A stretch of 63,937 nucleotides of DNA from an uncultured Chromatiales bacterium (lineage in GTDB: Bacteria > Pseudomonadota > Gammaproteobacteria > RBG-16-57-12), in NCBI GenBank assembly GCA_964557295.1, contig CAZKZP010000008.1, forward strand, positions 22,897-86,833, in the 5' to 3' direction. Below are positions 27,607 through 38,938 of the stretch, one piece after another (positions within the stretch are counted from its first letter, which is position 1; each line of letters opens with the position of its first letter). The notes beneath the pieces are model-generated. The model saw only the letters and a list, made by a program, of their open reading frames with translations. It ran no database searches and was not told where the DNA came from. A program made the translations under genes and the position numbers.

Positions 27607-28731
27607 TTAGACCGACACGATGGGAATGACTTTGTTCGTCTCGGCGTCGGCGGTTTTTCTTTTTGCGATTTCCGTCCGGACCACTCGCTCGACTTCATCG
27701 ACCAATTCCTCATTGGTGACCTTATGATCCGGCTTGCCATTGATGTAGAGCAGATTCGGGGTGCCGCCGGTCAAACCGACATGAACCTCCTTGGCCTCGC
27801 CCGGTCCGTTGACCACGCAGCCGATGATGGCAAGATCCAATGGCTCGATGATGTCGTCGAGCCGCTGCTCCAGCGCATTGACCACGCTGATGACATCGAA
27901 GTTCTGCCGGGAACAGGAGGGACAGGCGATGAAATTCACGCCCTTGCTACGCAGATGCAAGCTTTTCAGTATGTCGAATCCAACCCGGATCTCCTCGACC
28001 GGCGCCGCCGCCAACGACACCCGGATGGTATCGCCGATCCCCTCGGCCAGCAGCATGCCGAGGCCGATGGCGGATTTGACCGCGCCGGAGCGAAAGCCGC
28101 CCGCCTCGGTAATGCCGAGGTGAAAAGGCTGCTCGATCTGCGCGGCCAACGCACGATAGGCCGCCACCGTCATGAACACATCCGAGGCCTTCAGGCTGAT
28201 CTTGTACTCCTGAAAATTGAGCCGGTCCAGGATCTCGATGTGACGCATGGCGGACTCCACCAGGGCCGCCGGCGTGGGCTCGCCGTATTTCTGTTGCAGC
28301 TCCTTCTCCAGCGAGCCGGCATTGACGCCGATGCGGATCGGAATCCCGCGATCTTGCGCCGCGCTGACGACGGCACGCACGCGATCTTCTCGTCCGATAT
28401 TGCCGGGATTGATGCGCAAACAGTCCACGCCCAATTCCGCCACGCGCAACGCGATGCGGTAATCAAAATGAATATCCGCCACCAGCGGGACGTCCACTTG
28501 TTTCTTGATCTTCCCAAAAGCCTCGGCCGCCTCCATGTCCGGCACGGAGACGCGCACGATATCGGCGCCAACAGCCTCCAGCCCCTTGATCTGCGCGACC
28601 GTCGCCGCGACATCGGCGGTAAGCGTATTGGTCATCGACTGCACGCTGATCGGCGCATCGCCGCCGACGGGGACATTGCCGACCATGATTTGGCGTGTCT
28701 TACGACGCGCGATTTTGTGCCTGAATTGCAT
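27607..28731 (-). CDS. ispG: 4-hydroxy-3-methylbut-2-en-1-yl diphosphate synthase IspG
   Basis: 374 aa. The motifs [28 protein letters not shown] and CPSCSR are typical of GcpE/IspG. Confidence 0.95.
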   Translation of the reverse strand: MQFRHKIARRKTRQIMVGNVPVGGDAPISVQSMTNTLTADVAATVAQIKGLEAVGADIVRVSVPDMEAAEAFGKIKKQVDVPLVADIHFDYRIALRVAELGVDCLRINPGNIGREDRVRAVVSAAQDRGIPIRIGVNAGSLEKELQQKYGEPTPAALVESAMRHIEILDRLNFQEYKISLKASDVFMTVAAYRALAAQIEQPFHLGITEAGGFRSGAVKSAIGLGMLLAEGIGDTIRVSLAAAPVEEIRVGFDILKSLHLRSKGVNFIACPSCSRQNFDVISVVNALEQRLDDIIEPLDLAIIGCVVNGPGEAKEVHVGLTGGTPNLLYINGKPDHKVTNEELVDEVERVVRTEIAKRKTADAETNKVIPIVSV

Positions 28732-28770
28732 GCGCTGTTCTCCGCTTAGTCTCTGCGCTGCGAGCGATCG

Positions 28771-29637
28771 TCAATCAATGGTGAAGCGCGCGATATCCTT
28801 GCGAATAAACGGCTTGTGATCATAGGGTTTGCCATCGACCAGGATCTCGACGCCAGGCGCGTAGCCCAGCATGACGTTGAATGGCGCGACACCCTTGATC
28901 TTTTTCACTTGTCCGTGGCGGATCAATTGAAATAGCAACTGCGTTTTGTTCGCATCGGTCACCTCAACCCAGGAATCGCCGAGGCCGCGCACAGTCACTT
29001 CGGTATATACCGGCGGCACTGCCTGAGCTACCGCGGGGGCGGGCTCTGCCGCGACCACGGGCGCTTGCGCGGTTTCTGCAGCGGGCAGCGGCAGGGCAAG
29101 TTCCTGCATGTTGCCTTCCTCAACCGGCGCTTGAGGTTCCGGGACGCTCTCCGCAGCGATCGGCGCTGCCGCGGCAGTCTCTGGTGCGGGCGTCGTCTCA
29201 GCGGCGACGGTTTGCGTCGCTTCTCCGCTGGCGGGGGGCCGATCTACCGCCGGTTCACTCACGTACCAGAACCAGATGGCCGCCGTGATCACGCCAGCGG
29301 CCAACACGGTGGCGATATGCCGCATATTGATCACGCTCTCCGCCGCCGTTTTTCTCACCGCGACTTGATAATCCACCTTCGGAACGGAGTGCGATTCACT
29401 GACGCTCGCCTCATAGAGCTTGAGCAAGGGCTCGGCATTGAGTTGCAGCAAGCGGGCGTAATTGCGCAGATAGCCGCGTGTGTAGATCGGCTCGGGCAAC
29501 TCATCATAGGCCTCATTCTCCATGGCGCTGATCCTGCTTGGATCCAGGCGCAAGGCTGCGCCGACCTCTTCGATCGACAATCCTTTTTCCAGACGCTTTT
29601 CCTTCAATTGTTGGCCGAACCGCGTTGACTCAGACAT
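28771..29637 (-). CDS. rodZ: Cytoskeleton protein RodZ (HTH + TM + C-terminal domain)
   Basis: Start chosen at ATG 29637 (MSESTRFGQQLKEKRLEKGLSIEEVGAALRL, an XRE-type HTH); the ORF-track ATG at 29667 is possible. Central TM segment, Ala/Pro-rich linker, conserved position next to ispG. Confidence 0.75.
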   Translation of the reverse strand: MSESTRFGQQLKEKRLEKGLSIEEVGAALRLDPSRISAMENEAYDELPEPIYTRGYLRNYARLLQLNAEPLLKLYEASVSESHSVPKVDYQVAVRKTAAESVINMRHIATVLAAGVITAAIWFWYVSEPAVDRPPASGEATQTVAAETTPAPETAAAAPIAAESVPEPQAPVEEGNMQELALPLPAAETAQAPVVAAEPAPAVAQAVPPVYTEVTVRGLGDSWVEVTDANKTQLLFQLIRHGQVKKIKGVAPFNVMLGYAPGVEILVDGKPYDHKPFIRKDIARFTID

Positions 29638-29684
29638 ATTGTTCCAGGCTTCTACTGCACAATTCATAGTTCATATCGTCAAAT

Positions 29685-30428
29685 TCAATAACCGATCAGA
29701 CTCTTTGCCTGTTCCGAATCAGGAAACAGGCCTTTCAGCTGACGGGCATATTCAGTGGCGCGTTCCTTGGCCTGTAGCCCTTCCTCGATTTTGATGGACA
29801 GCCACAAGGTCGCAGGGTCGTGTTTGGTGACCGCCTCCATCCGCTGAACATAGGCGCGCCCCTTCAGATATTCCTGCTGGCGATAACTCAGTTCCGCCAT
29901 CGCATGCAAGGACACCGGCAGCTTTGGATTGATATCCAACGCCTTGCGGAACGATCGCTCCGCATCCTCATGGTTTTGCTCGCGCATCGCGCACAAGCCG
30001 GCGTTTTCATACGCCAGCTCCGGCGTCTTGTACATGGGGTTCTTCACCGCGGCCTCAAATTGCGCATAGGCCTCCTTGTAGCGGCGCTGATCGCACAAAA
30101 ACGTGCCGTAATTATTCCGCCCATTGGGGTCCTTGGGATCGAGGTCTACCGCTTTGCTGTAATGCTGATCAGCCTGTTCGATTTCCCCCAGCTGAACATA
30201 GAGTATGGCAATCGCATGGTGCGCACTGGCGTACTGTGGCGCCACGGCAATGGCCTTGTTTAGATTGGTGAGCGCCAGATCCTTTTTGCCTTGCTGCATA
30301 TATCCGATACCCAGCTGGATATGGGTGTCCGCAAGATTCTGCTCTTCCTTGGCCTTTTTGGGATTGCCGGCGCACGCGGTGAGCGCCAGTGTCAGCACGA
30401 CGACCAACATCATTCCGGTTGTTTTCAC
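29685..30428 (-). CDS. pilW: Type IV pilus biogenesis/stability TPR lipoprotein PilW (PilF in P. aeruginosa)
   Basis: 247 aa with lipobox LALTAC|A and TPR units. Conserved rlmN-pilW-rodZ synteny. Confidence 0.8.
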   Translation of the reverse strand: MKTTGMMLVVVLTLALTACAGNPKKAKEEQNLADTHIQLGIGYMQQGKKDLALTNLNKAIAVAPQYASAHHAIAILYVQLGEIEQADQHYSKAVDLDPKDPNGRNNYGTFLCDQRRYKEAYAQFEAAVKNPMYKTPELAYENAGLCAMREQNHEDAERSFRKALDINPKLPVSLHAMAELSYRQQEYLKGRAYVQRMEAVTKHDPATLWLSIKIEEGLQAKERATEYARQLKGLFPDSEQAKSLIGY

Positions 30429-31540
30429 GTCCTGGCCTCCACCACTGGAATGATGCGCCGTTGCGCACGCTTGGTCTTATCCTGCACCTTGCCGGCCAGT
30501 TGTCCGCACGCCGCGTCGATATCATCACCACGGGTCTTGCGCGTGATGGTGGTCATGCCAGCGTGGTAGAGCACGTCACGGAAACGATCGATTGCGGCGG
30601 CATCGGAACATTCGTAGCCGGAGTCGGGAAACGGATTGAACGGGATCAAATTCACCTTCGCGGGAATCCCCTGCAATAGCTTGACCAAGGCCTTGGCGTG
30701 CTGCGGTGTATCATTGATGCCCTTGAGCATGACATATTCGAAGGTGATCTTGCGCCGCCCATCTCGATCTAAATAACGACGGCACGCCGCCATCAGTTCC
30801 TTGATCGGATATTTTTTGTTGATGGGCACCAGTTCGTTGCGCAAGTCATCCGATGTGGCGTGCAGCGACACCGCCAGGCTGACATCGCACACCGCCTTGA
30901 GGCGATCGAGCGCTGGCACCACGCCGGCGGTACTCAGCGTGACACGGCGTTTGGATAGTCCATAGGTGAAATCATCCAACATCAGATGGATGGCTCGGAC
31001 CACATTGTCGAAATTCAGCAAGGGCTCGCCCATGCCCATGAGGACCACGTTGGTCACCACGCGCTGATTGACAGGATCGGTTTCCAGCTGGCGCTTGGCG
31101 ATCCAGATCTGGCCGATGATCTCCGCGGTGGAGAGATTGCGGTTGAAGCCTTGCTTGGCGGTCGAGCAGAAGCTGCACTCCAGCGCGCATCCCACCTGGG
31201 ATGAAACGCACAGCGTGCCGCGATCATCCTCCGGGATGAACACCATCTCGACCGAATTGCCGTGATCGAGTTCGAGCAGCCACTTGCGGGTACCGTCCTT
31301 CGATTTCTGTTCGATGAGCACTTTTGGCACACGAATTTCACAGCGGTCGGCGAGCTGCTCGCGCAGGGACTTGCTGAGATTGCTCATCGCGCTGAAGTCC
31401 GCGACACCCCGCTGGTGGATCCATTGCAGCACCTGAGAAGCGCGAAAGGCCTTCTCGCCGAGCTCGACGAAAAAGGCCTCCATCGCTGCGCGATCGAGAT
31501 CCAGCAGATTGATCTTGCCAGTATCCTCCAGTGCCATCAC
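30425..31540 (-). CDS. rlmN: 23S rRNA/tRNA adenine-C2 methyltransferase RlmN (radical SAM)
   Basis: 371 aa with the radical-SAM [10 protein letters not shown] motif and a conserved C-terminal Cys (DIDAACGQL). Confidence 0.95.
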   Translation of the reverse strand: MMALEDTGKINLLDLDRAAMEAFFVELGEKAFRASQVLQWIHQRGVADFSAMSNLSKSLREQLADRCEIRVPKVLIEQKSKDGTRKWLLELDHGNSVEMVFIPEDDRGTLCVSSQVGCALECSFCSTAKQGFNRNLSTAEIIGQIWIAKRQLETDPVNQRVVTNVVLMGMGEPLLNFDNVVRAIHLMLDDFTYGLSKRRVTLSTAGVVPALDRLKAVCDVSLAVSLHATSDDLRNELVPINKKYPIKELMAACRRYLDRDGRRKITFEYVMLKGINDTPQHAKALVKLLQGIPAKVNLIPFNPFPDSGYECSDAAAIDRFRDVLYHAGMTTITRKTRGDDIDAACGQLAGKVQDKTKRAQRRIIPVVEART

Positions 31541-31549
31541 ATCCTCACC

Positions 31550-31978
31550 TTAGCGAGTGCGCTTGCAAATCCCTTCCGGGAAGAAGAAGTCGATTTCGAC
31601 CTTGGCGTTTTCGAGGCTGTCGGAACCGTGCACGGCGTTTTCATCGATCGACTTGGCAAAGTCCGCGCGGATCGTGCCCGGGGCCGCGTCCTTGGGATTG
31701 GTGGCGCCCATCAGCTCGCGGTTCTTGGCCACGGCGTTTTCACCTTCCAGGACCTGGATCATCACCGGGCCGGAGATCATGAAGCTCACCAAGTCATTGA
31801 AAAACGGACGCGCTTTGTGCACGGCATAAAAGCCTTCCGCCTGGGCGCGGCTCAGTTGGGCCATCTTGGCGGCGACGACCTTCAGGCCGTTTTTCTCGAA
31901 GCGGCTGTAGATCTCGCCGATGACATTTTTTGCCACCGCATCGGGCTTGATGATGGAAATAGTGCGTTCGATTGCCAT
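31550..31978 (-). CDS. ndk: Nucleoside diphosphate kinase
   Basis: Start at ATG 31978 ([15 protein letters not shown]...). Active-site NAVHGSDS present. The longer ORF-track start at 32059 adds a non-conserved extension. Confidence 0.95.
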   Translation of the reverse strand: MAIERTISIIKPDAVAKNVIGEIYSRFEKNGLKVVAAKMAQLSRAQAEGFYAVHKARPFFNDLVSFMISGPVMIQVLEGENAVAKNRELMGATNPKDAAPGTIRADFAKSIDENAVHGSDSLENAKVEIDFFFPEGICKRTR

Positions 31979-32160
31979 CCAGTAACTCCTAATATATTGA
32001 TTTGATTTAAGTAAATATAATAACGGCGCACCCCTTGCCCCGTCTGATAAATGGCGCACATTCTAGCGCGCTTTGCGCCAGGCTGGCAATCAAAAGGGTT
32101 GATTTGACTGGAACTTATTGCGTGAGGGCGCGTTCGCCGCAGGGAAGAGTCACGGAACGC

Positions 32161-32355
32161 TCAGGACCGTTCTTCGATCCACGCCATCTGGATCGCCTCC
32201 AGCACCTTTTCGCCCGCATGCGCCGGGTCGTCGTCGAAGCCGTCGAGGTCGAGAACCCATTGGTAGAGGTCGGTGAATTTCACATACTGCGGATCGACCT
32301 CCGAATGGTTCTCGTCCAGCGCGATGACGATCTCGTAGACATCTACCCACTTCAT
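32161..32355 (-). CDS. iscX: Fe-S assembly protein IscX
   Basis: 64 aa; MKWVDVYEIVIALDENH...DDDP is the typical IscX/YfhJ sequence. It follows fdx. Confidence 0.85.
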   Translation of the reverse strand: MKWVDVYEIVIALDENHSEVDPQYVKFTDLYQWVLDLDGFDDDPAHAGEKVLEAIQMAWIEERS

Positions 32356-32358
32356 GGC

Positions 32359-32694
32359 TTACCCCTCGGAGACTAGGTTGATCGTGTATTTGGGAATCTC
32401 CACCACCAGGTCGGTATCGCCGACGATGGCCTGGCAGCTCAGGCGCGATTCCGGCTCCAGCCCCCAGGCCTTGTCCAGCATGTCTTCTTCGGTTTCGCTG
32501 GGCGCATTGAGGGAGCCGTAGCCCTCGCGCACGATGACGTGACACGTGGTGCAGGCGCAGGACTTCTCGCAGGCGTGCTCGATGTCGATCTCGTGGGCCA
32601 GGGCGGCATCCAGGATGCTGGTCCCCGGCGCGGCCTCGATGACGGCCCCTGCCGGGCAGTGCTGGTGGTGCGGTAAAAAAATGATCTTGGTCAT
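32359..32694 (-). CDS. fdx: ISC-system [2Fe-2S] ferredoxin
   Basis: 111 aa with Cys ligands in CEKSCACTTCH plus a distal Cys (LSCQ). Confidence 0.9.
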   Translation of the reverse strand: MTKIIFLPHHQHCPAGAVIEAAPGTSILDAALAHEIDIEHACEKSCACTTCHVIVREGYGSLNAPSETEEDMLDKAWGLEPESRLSCQAIVGDTDLVVEIPKYTINLVSEG

Positions 32695-32709
32695 GATGTA
32701 AAATCCAAC

Positions 32710-34578
32710 TTACAACTCATCGATTTGATGCCCGGTCAACGCCTGGCGGATGCCGTGATCCATGCGCCGCGCGGCGAATCCGGCCGTGTGTTGCTCCAGG
32801 TCGGTGGTCGCGGCCTTGAGCGCCGCAGGATCGCTTTGGGTCAGCGCCGCTTCCAGCCGGGCCATGGCCTGCTCGATCCGGCGGCGTTCGTCCTCGGCCA
32901 GCAAGGCACTGTCCTGCGCCAGCGCCGCGGTCACCCCCTCGATCAGGCGCTTGGCCTCGACCTGTTGCTCGCGCAGGCGCCGCTGCTCCATATCCTCGCG
33001 CGCATGCTGCATGGAATCGCGCAACATCCGCTCGATCTCGTTCTCCGCCAGTCCGTAGGAGGGCTTGACCTCGACGCGGCTCGCCACGCCCGAGGTCTCC
33101 TCGCGCGCGGACACCGTCAGCAGCCCATCCGCATCCACTTGGAAGGTCACGCAAATCCGCGCCGCGCCCGCGACCATCGGCGGGATGCCGGTGAGATTGA
33201 AGCGCGCCAGGGAGCGACAATCGCTCACCAGTTCGCGCTCCCCCTGCACGACATGAATGCCCATAGCGGTTTGCCCGTCCTTGAAGGTGGTGAACTCCTG
33301 GGCGCGCGCCACTGGGATCGTGGTGTTGCGCGGGATGATCTTCTCCACCAGGCCGCCCATCACTTCCAGACCCAGCGAGAGCGGGATCACATCGAGCAAC
33401 AGGGCCTGTTCGCCGGACTTGTTTCCGATCAGGATGTCGGCCTGCTGCGCGGCCCCGAGCGCGACGACCTTGTCGGGATCGATGTCGGAGAGCGGCGGCC
33501 GTCCGAAAAATTCCGCCACCTTCTCCCGCACCCGCGGCACGCGCGTCGAGCCGCCGACCAGCACCACCTGCTGGATGTCCCCGGGGGCGATCCCGGCATC
33601 GCGCAGGGCACGGCGGCAAGAGGTGATCGTCCTGGCGAGCAAGGGTTCGATCAGGGCGTTGAACTGATCACGGGTGATCTGGCCCTGCCAGTCGGCGCCA
33701 AAGGATTGATCGAGCCGGATGGCGGCGTGTTCATGCTCGGTCAGCGATTCCTTGACTGCGCGCGCAATGGCCAGCACATGGCGCAATTGCGTGTGGGCGG
33801 CGTCATCGCGGATGCCCGCCTGCTGCATGATCCACTCGGCGAGCAGATGATCGAAATCATCGCCGCCCAGGGCGGAATCCCCGCCGGTCGACAGGACCTC
33901 GAACACACCCTGGTGCATGCGCAGGATCGAGACATCGAAGGTGCCGCCGCCGAGATCGTAGACGACCACGACCCCTTCCTCGCCGCGATCCAGGCCATAG
34001 GCCAAGGCGGCGGCGGTCGGCTCATTGAGCAGGCGCAACACCTTCAGACCGGCCAGCGTGGCCGCGTCCTTGGTCGCTTGGCGCTGCGCATCGTCGAAAT
34101 AGGCCGGCACGGTGATCACCGCGCCCTGCAATTCCCCGCCGAGTGCGTCCTCGGCGCGCACCTTCAGCACCTTGAGGATCTCCGCCGAGACCTCCACCGG
34201 ACTGACCTCCCCGGCCGCGGTCGCGAGCTTGGGCATGCCCGCATCCGCGGCGATGAAGTGATAGGGGCTGCGGCCGCCCAGCTGTTTCACGTCCTCGATC
34301 CCGCGACCCATCAGGCGCTTGACCGAGGCGATGGTGTTCAAGGGATCGCGCGCGGCGCCCGCCAAGGCGCGCTGACCCACGATCACCTCGCCGGAGGGCA
34401 GATAGCGCACCACCGAGGGCAGGAGATGCTGGCCCGCGTCATCGGGGAGGGTGACGGCCAGACCGCTGCGGACCGAGGCCACCAGCGAATTGGTGGTGCC
34501 GAGGTCGATGCCGACGGCCAAACGATGTTGGTGAGGCGCGGCTGATTGTCCCGGCTCACTGATTTGCAATAACGCCAT
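32710..34578 (-). CDS. hscA: Fe-S cluster assembly chaperone HscA (Hsp70 family)
   Basis: 622 aa with Hsp70 motifs ([19 protein letters not shown]). Confidence 0.95.
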   Translation of the reverse strand: MALLQISEPGQSAAPHQHRLAVGIDLGTTNSLVASVRSGLAVTLPDDAGQHLLPSVVRYLPSGEVIVGQRALAGAARDPLNTIASVKRLMGRGIEDVKQLGGRSPYHFIAADAGMPKLATAAGEVSPVEVSAEILKVLKVRAEDALGGELQGAVITVPAYFDDAQRQATKDAATLAGLKVLRLLNEPTAAALAYGLDRGEEGVVVVYDLGGGTFDVSILRMHQGVFEVLSTGGDSALGGDDFDHLLAEWIMQQAGIRDDAAHTQLRHVLAIARAVKESLTEHEHAAIRLDQSFGADWQGQITRDQFNALIEPLLARTITSCRRALRDAGIAPGDIQQVVLVGGSTRVPRVREKVAEFFGRPPLSDIDPDKVVALGAAQQADILIGNKSGEQALLLDVIPLSLGLEVMGGLVEKIIPRNTTIPVARAQEFTTFKDGQTAMGIHVVQGERELVSDCRSLARFNLTGIPPMVAGAARICVTFQVDADGLLTVSAREETSGVASRVEVKPSYGLAENEIERMLRDSMQHAREDMEQRRLREQQVEAKRLIEGVTAALAQDSALLAEDERRRIEQAMARLEAALTQSDPAALKAATTDLEQHTAGFAARRMDHGIRQALTGHQIDEL

Positions 34579-34604
34579 GGTTTAATCCAATGTAGAAATC
34601 GTGC

Positions 34605-35126
34605 TCACAATCGCGCTTCGAGCGACTCGGCCTCTTCGGCCAGCTTGCGGATGAATTGCCACTTCACCACCGCCTCACTCGCCTGCTCAAGCTGGCCCGG
34701 CGCCGCGAAGGCGTCCAGCAACGTTTGCGCGCAGTTTTTTTCGAGCTGGCGGATATGTTTGAAAAGCGCGTCGAGCCGCGCGGGATTGCGCGCCCGCTCG
34801 ATGGCCGCCAGCTCCTCGCGCAGTTCCATCTGTTCCATCAGAAACGCGGGATCGCGCACTTGGCGCTGCCCGGGATCGACCCCGTTGAGCCGCAACAAAT
34901 ACTGCGCCCGTTTGAGGTCATCACGCAAGGTGTGATAGGCATCGTTGATCAGCGTCGCATGCTGCTGGGCGAGACGCCGTTCCTGGTCGCTCGCGTGGGC
35001 GTAACGGTCCGGATGGATTACCCGCTGCAAGTCACGGTAGCGGGCGCTGAGCGCCACCCCATCGAGTGGGAATTGGACAGGCAATTGAAAAAGTGCAAAA
35101 AAATTCGTATCGAGCGGCTGCTTCAT
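34605..35126 (-). CDS. hscB: Co-chaperone HscB (J-domain)
   Basis: 173 aa with a J-domain carrying HPD (VIHPDRY). Confidence 0.9.
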   Translation of the reverse strand: MKQPLDTNFFALFQLPVQFPLDGVALSARYRDLQRVIHPDRYAHASDQERRLAQQHATLINDAYHTLRDDLKRAQYLLRLNGVDPGQRQVRDPAFLMEQMELREELAAIERARNPARLDALFKHIRQLEKNCAQTLLDAFAAPGQLEQASEAVVKWQFIRKLAEEAESLEARL

Positions 35127-35144
35127 GAGGGATGCGCGGCCGTC

Positions 35145-35468
35145 TCAGACGGTGAAGCTTTCACCGCACCCGCAGGCCGCTTTGACGTTCGGGTTATTGA
35201 ATTTGAAGCCTTCGTTCAGGCCTTCGCGCACGAAGTCGAGCTCGGTGCCGTCGAGATACAGCAGGCTTTTCCCGTCCACGACCACCTTCACGCCCTTGTC
35301 CTCGAAGACCTGATCCGAGGCATCGATCGCATCGGTGAATTCGAGCACATAGGCCATGCCGGAACAGCCGCTGGTCCTGACGCCCAGGCGCAGCCCGGCG
35401 CCTTTGCCGCGGTTCTCCAAGAACTTCTTGACGTGCTTGGCAGCCGATTCAGTGAGTGTAATCGCCAT
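35145..35468 (-). CDS. iscA: Iron-sulfur cluster insertion protein IscA
   Basis: 107 aa with GCSG... and a C-terminal CGCGESF motif. Confidence 0.95.
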   Translation of the reverse strand: MAITLTESAAKHVKKFLENRGKGAGLRLGVRTSGCSGMAYVLEFTDAIDASDQVFEDKGVKVVVDGKSLLYLDGTELDFVREGLNEGFKFNNPNVKAACGCGESFTV

Positions 35469-35484
35469 AGAACACTACCTCCGT

Positions 35485-35868
35485 CTAGGGATTGCGTTTC
35501 TTTTTCAGATCCTCGATGGCCGCGCGAATCGCGTCTTCGGCCAGCACCGAGCAGTGGATCTTCACCGGCGGCAGCGCCAACTCCTCGGCGATCGCGGTGT
35601 TCTTGATCGTGGTGGCCTCGTCGAGGGTCTTGCCCTTGAGCCACTCGGTCACCAGTGAGCTCGACGCGATGGCCGAGCCGCAGCCGTAGGTCTTGAAGCA
35701 CGCATCCTCGATGACGCCCTGCGCGTTAACCTTGATCTGCAGCTTCATCACATCGCCGCAGGCGGGCGCCCCCACCATGCCGGTGCCGACGTTGGCATCA
35801 TCCTTGTCGAATGAGCCGACGTTGCGCGGATTCTCGTAATGATCCAAAACCTTTTCACTGTATGCCAT
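35485..35868 (-). CDS. iscU: Fe-S cluster scaffold IscU
   Basis: Start at ATG 35868 (MAYSEKVLDHYENPRNVG), preceded by AGGTGA. The track start at 35874 is a TTG. Conserved Cys residues and the LPPVK motif are present. Confidence 0.95.
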   Translation of the reverse strand: MAYSEKVLDHYENPRNVGSFDKDDANVGTGMVGAPACGDVMKLQIKVNAQGVIEDACFKTYGCGSAIASSSLVTEWLKGKTLDEATTIKNTAIAEELALPPVKIHCSVLAEDAIRAAIEDLKKKRNP

Positions 35869-35888
35869 ATCCAATCACCTCGGGCCGC

Positions 35889-37103
35889 TTAGTGCGCCGC
35901 CCATTTAACACTGTTCAAATCAATACCGTCTTTGTGCATCTCCCAGAGCGGGGACAGTTCGCGCAACTTGCTCAGCTTGTCGTGAATGAGGCGCAAGGCG
36001 TTCTCGATGTCCTCGGCAGTGGTGAAGCGGCCGAAAGAGAAGCGGATCGAGCTGTGCGCCAGCTCGTCGCTGCGCCCGATGGCGCGCAACACATACGACG
36101 GCTCCAGGCTGGCCGAGGTGCAGGCAGAACCAGAGGACACCGCCAGATTCTTCAGCGCCATCAGCAATGACTCGCCTTCCACGAAATTGAAACTGACATT
36201 CAGATTATGCGGCACGCGCTGCTCCAGATCACCGTTGATGAACACCTCTTCGATATCCTGGATGCCGGCGAGGAAGCGGTCGCGCAAGGCGCGGATGCGC
36301 TTGGTCTCCTCGACCATCTCCTCGCGCGCGATACGGTAGGCCTCGCCCATGCCGACGATCTGGTGCACCGGCAAGGTGCCCGAGCGCATGCCGCGCTCAT
36401 GACCGCCGCCGTGCATCTGCGCCTCGATGCGCACCCGCGGCTTGCGGCGCACGTACAAGGCGCCGATGCCCTTGGGACCGTAGATCTTGTGCGCCGAGAG
36501 CGAGAGCAGATCCACCTTCATCTTCTCCATGTCGATCGTGACCTTGCCGGCGCTCTGCGCGGCATCGACGTGAAAGATGATGCCGCGGCTGCGGCAGAGT
36601 TCGCCGATCGCAGCGATGTCCTGGATCACGCCGATTTCATTATTAACGTGCATGATCGACACCAGAATCGTGTCATCGCGCATCGCATGCGCCAGCGTGT
36701 CGAGGTCGATCAGGCCATTGGCCTGCGGACTCAGATACGTCACCTCGAAGCCTTCGCGCTCGAGCTGGCGGCAACTGTCCAACACTGCCTTGTGCTCGGT
36801 CTTGCAGGTGATGATGTGCTTGCCCTTGGTCTTGTAGAAGTGCGCCGCGCCCTTGATCGCCAGGTTGTCGGACTCGGTCGCGCCGGAGGTCCAGACGATC
36901 TCCTTGGGGTCGGCATTGATCAGCGCCGCCACCTGTTGACGCGCCCATTCGACCGCCTCTTCCGACTGCCAGCCATACACATGCGAGCGCGAGGCGGGAT
37001 TGCCGAACTCGCCGTCCATCGTCAGGTAGCCCATCATCTTTTTCGCCACGCGTGGATCAACCGGAGTGGTCGCTGCGTAGTCGAGATAGATCGGTCGATT
37101 CAT
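35889..37103 (-). CDS. iscS: Cysteine desulfurase IscS
   Basis: 404 aa with PLP-lysine [10 protein letters not shown], catalytic loop [19 protein letters not shown], and the long C-terminal tail typical of IscS. Confidence 0.95.
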   Translation of the reverse strand: MNRPIYLDYAATTPVDPRVAKKMMGYLTMDGEFGNPASRSHVYGWQSEEAVEWARQQVAALINADPKEIVWTSGATESDNLAIKGAAHFYKTKGKHIITCKTEHKAVLDSCRQLEREGFEVTYLSPQANGLIDLDTLAHAMRDDTILVSIMHVNNEIGVIQDIAAIGELCRSRGIIFHVDAAQSAGKVTIDMEKMKVDLLSLSAHKIYGPKGIGALYVRRKPRVRIEAQMHGGGHERGMRSGTLPVHQIVGMGEAYRIAREEMVEETKRIRALRDRFLAGIQDIEEVFINGDLEQRVPHNLNVSFNFVEGESLLMALKNLAVSSGSACTSASLEPSYVLRAIGRSDELAHSSIRFSFGRFTTAEDIENALRLIHDKLSKLRELSPLWEMHKDGIDLNSVKWAAH

Positions 37104-37144
37104 AAACAGTAGTACCTCAAAGCCATTTCATTGATCATTTATGG

Positions 37145-38302
37145 TCAAACAGGCAGGCAACTGCCCATTTGCCGGAAGATATCGACTTGCGCGCCCAGCG
37201 CGGCCAGAAAATCATCGACATCCTGCCCAGTGTTATCCTTCCCGAAGCTCACCCGGATCGCGCCTTGTGCGACCGCATCGGACAGCCCCATCGCGCGCAG
37301 CACATGGCTGGGCTTGCCGCTGGCGGATTCACAGGCCGAACCGCTCGAAAGCGCGAATCCGGCCGCATCCAGATTCATCATCAGGGTCTCGCCGTCGATA
37401 TTCTCCACGGCGAAAAAAATCGTATTTGGCAGACGCTGCGCGGCATGCGAGAACAACACCACGCCCGGCAACCGCTGCAATCCTTGCTCCAGGCCTTCCC
37501 GCAACTGCAACAGCTGCGCCCGCCGCTCGGCGAGTTCCCGCTTGGCAAGCTCGGCGGCCTTGCCGAAGCCAACGATGGCCGCCACATTCTCGGTGCCCGC
37601 GCGCCGGCCCTTTTCCTGGCCGCCGCCGCACAGCATCGGACTCAGGTCGACGGCCTTGTCGATGATCAGCGCCCCGCAGCCTTTCGGACCATAGATCTTG
37701 TGGCTCGACAGGGTCATCAGGTGCACGCCCAGCGCCGGGAAGTCCACCTCCAGCTTGCCCAAGGCCTGCACGGCATCGGTGTGGAAGATCACACCCGCTG
37801 CGCGCGCCTGCCGCGCCAGTGACGCGATATCCTGTATCGCGCCGGTCTCGTTGTTGGCCAGCATGACCGAGACCAAGCGCGGTCGCCGGCGCAACGCGGC
37901 CTGATACTCTTCCTGCTTCAGCATCCCTATGTGATCGACCGACAACAGGTCGACCGTCCATCCATGATTGGTTAGTTGCTTGGCCGGTTCCAGCAGCGAA
38001 GCATGTTCAATCGCCGACACCGCCACCCGCCCGACACCCGAGGCAGGATTCAGCCCTGCCATAATCATATTGTTGGCCTCAGTACCGCCGCTGGTAAATA
38101 CCACTTGCGTAGGATGTGCGTTGACCAACTCGGCTACCCGTTCCCTGGCCTGATCGAGGGCAGCGCGCGCGTGGCGCCCGAGGACATGCTGGCTTGAGGC
38201 GTTGCCGTATTCCCGGGAGTAATACGGCATCATGGCCGCCGCGACGCGTTCATCGCAGGGCGTCGTGGCATTATGATCGAGGTACACCACCCGGCCAGCC
38301 AC
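37145..38302 (-). CDS. Second class I (NifS/IscS-like) cysteine desulfurase between iscR and iscS
   Basis: 385 aa with PLP-lysine [10 protein letters not shown] and catalytic loop SSGSACESASGKPSHVLRA. The C-terminus is shorter than that of the adjacent IscS. Confidence 0.85.
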   Translation of the reverse strand: MAGRVVYLDHNATTPCDERVAAAMMPYYSREYGNASSQHVLGRHARAALDQARERVAELVNAHPTQVVFTSGGTEANNMIMAGLNPASGVGRVAVSAIEHASLLEPAKQLTNHGWTVDLLSVDHIGMLKQEEYQAALRRRPRLVSVMLANNETGAIQDIASLARQARAAGVIFHTDAVQALGKLEVDFPALGVHLMTLSSHKIYGPKGCGALIIDKAVDLSPMLCGGGQEKGRRAGTENVAAIVGFGKAAELAKRELAERRAQLLQLREGLEQGLQRLPGVVLFSHAAQRLPNTIFFAVENIDGETLMMNLDAAGFALSSGSACESASGKPSHVLRAMGLSDAVAQGAIRVSFGKDNTGQDVDDFLAALGAQVDIFRQMGSCLPV

Positions 38303-38315
38303 CGGCCTCTGCGCC

Positions 38316-38783
38316 TCAGACTATCGAAATCTCTTTCACACCGTGAACGGCCGCATTCTGCCGGATGGCGACCTGCTGGACACGCTGACGGCTCACCAAG
38401 TCGCCCAGCGAGATGCTGGCGAGGAAGCCCTGAATCTGCTGGCTGAGCTCTTCCCACAGCTCATGCGTGAGACAGGGGCCATCGCCACGGCAATTTTCCT
38501 TGCCTTCACACTTCATTACGTCCACGTATTCATCCACGGCGGTAATGACATCGGCCACGGCAATCTGATGGGAGTTGCGACTCAGGCGATAACCGCCGCC
38601 AGGTCCACGCGTGCTCAGCACCAGGCCTTGCTTACGCAAACGGGCGAAGAGTTGTTCCAAATACGACAGGGAGATCCCCTGCCGCTGAGAAATATCGGCC
38701 AGAGTAATGGGGCCCTGCTCGCCGTGGATGGCCAGATCCAGCATTGCAGTGACTGCGTAGCGACCCTTGGTTGTCAGTCTCAT
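38316..38783 (-). CDS. iscR: Fe-S cluster regulator IscR (Rrf2 family)
   Basis: 155 aa. [18 protein letters not shown] is a winged-helix N-terminus, and the cluster ligands are spaced CX5CX5C ([13 protein letters not shown]). Confidence 0.9.
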   Translation of the reverse strand: MRLTTKGRYAVTAMLDLAIHGEQGPITLADISQRQGISLSYLEQLFARLRKQGLVLSTRGPGGGYRLSRNSHQIAVADVITAVDEYVDVMKCEGKENCRGDGPCLTHELWEELSQQIQGFLASISLGDLVSRQRVQQVAIRQNAAVHGVKEISIV

Positions 38784-38874
38784 ACTCGATAGTCCTCTTG
38801 CTAATTAATCCAGGAAAATATTCAGAAATTGAATATTCTCTGCTAATCCCATACACTTATGCTTATAGTCAGTC

Positions 38875-38903
38875 TATTATCCATACCTTAGCAAAACTGT
38901 CAA
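38875..38903 (-). promoter_or_regulatory. Putative sigma-70 promoter of the iscR operon
   Basis: On the minus strand: TTGACA (38903-38898), 17-nt spacer, ATAATA (38880-38875). It is followed by the palindromic ATAGACTGACTAT and a GAATATTCA-n5-TGAATATT inverted repeat, which are possible IscR operators. Confidence 0.4.
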
Positions 38904-38938
38904 GATTTAGATCAATAAAAACCTTCACCCAGAACGCA

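Noticed and set aside
27724-28749. 341-aa plus-strand ORF
   Set aside because: It is an antisense shadow of ispG.
32717-34545. 606-aa plus-strand ORF and 300-aa minus-strand alternative-frame ORF over hscA
   Set aside because: These are high-GC frame artefacts with Arg/Gly/Ala-rich products. hscA in its own frame has full Hsp70 motifs.
36207-38792. Plus-strand ORFs over iscS, the second desulfurase and iscR (for example 36207-37112, 37169-37822, 38343-38792)
   Set aside because: All lie antisense to genes with clear catalytic or regulatory motifs.
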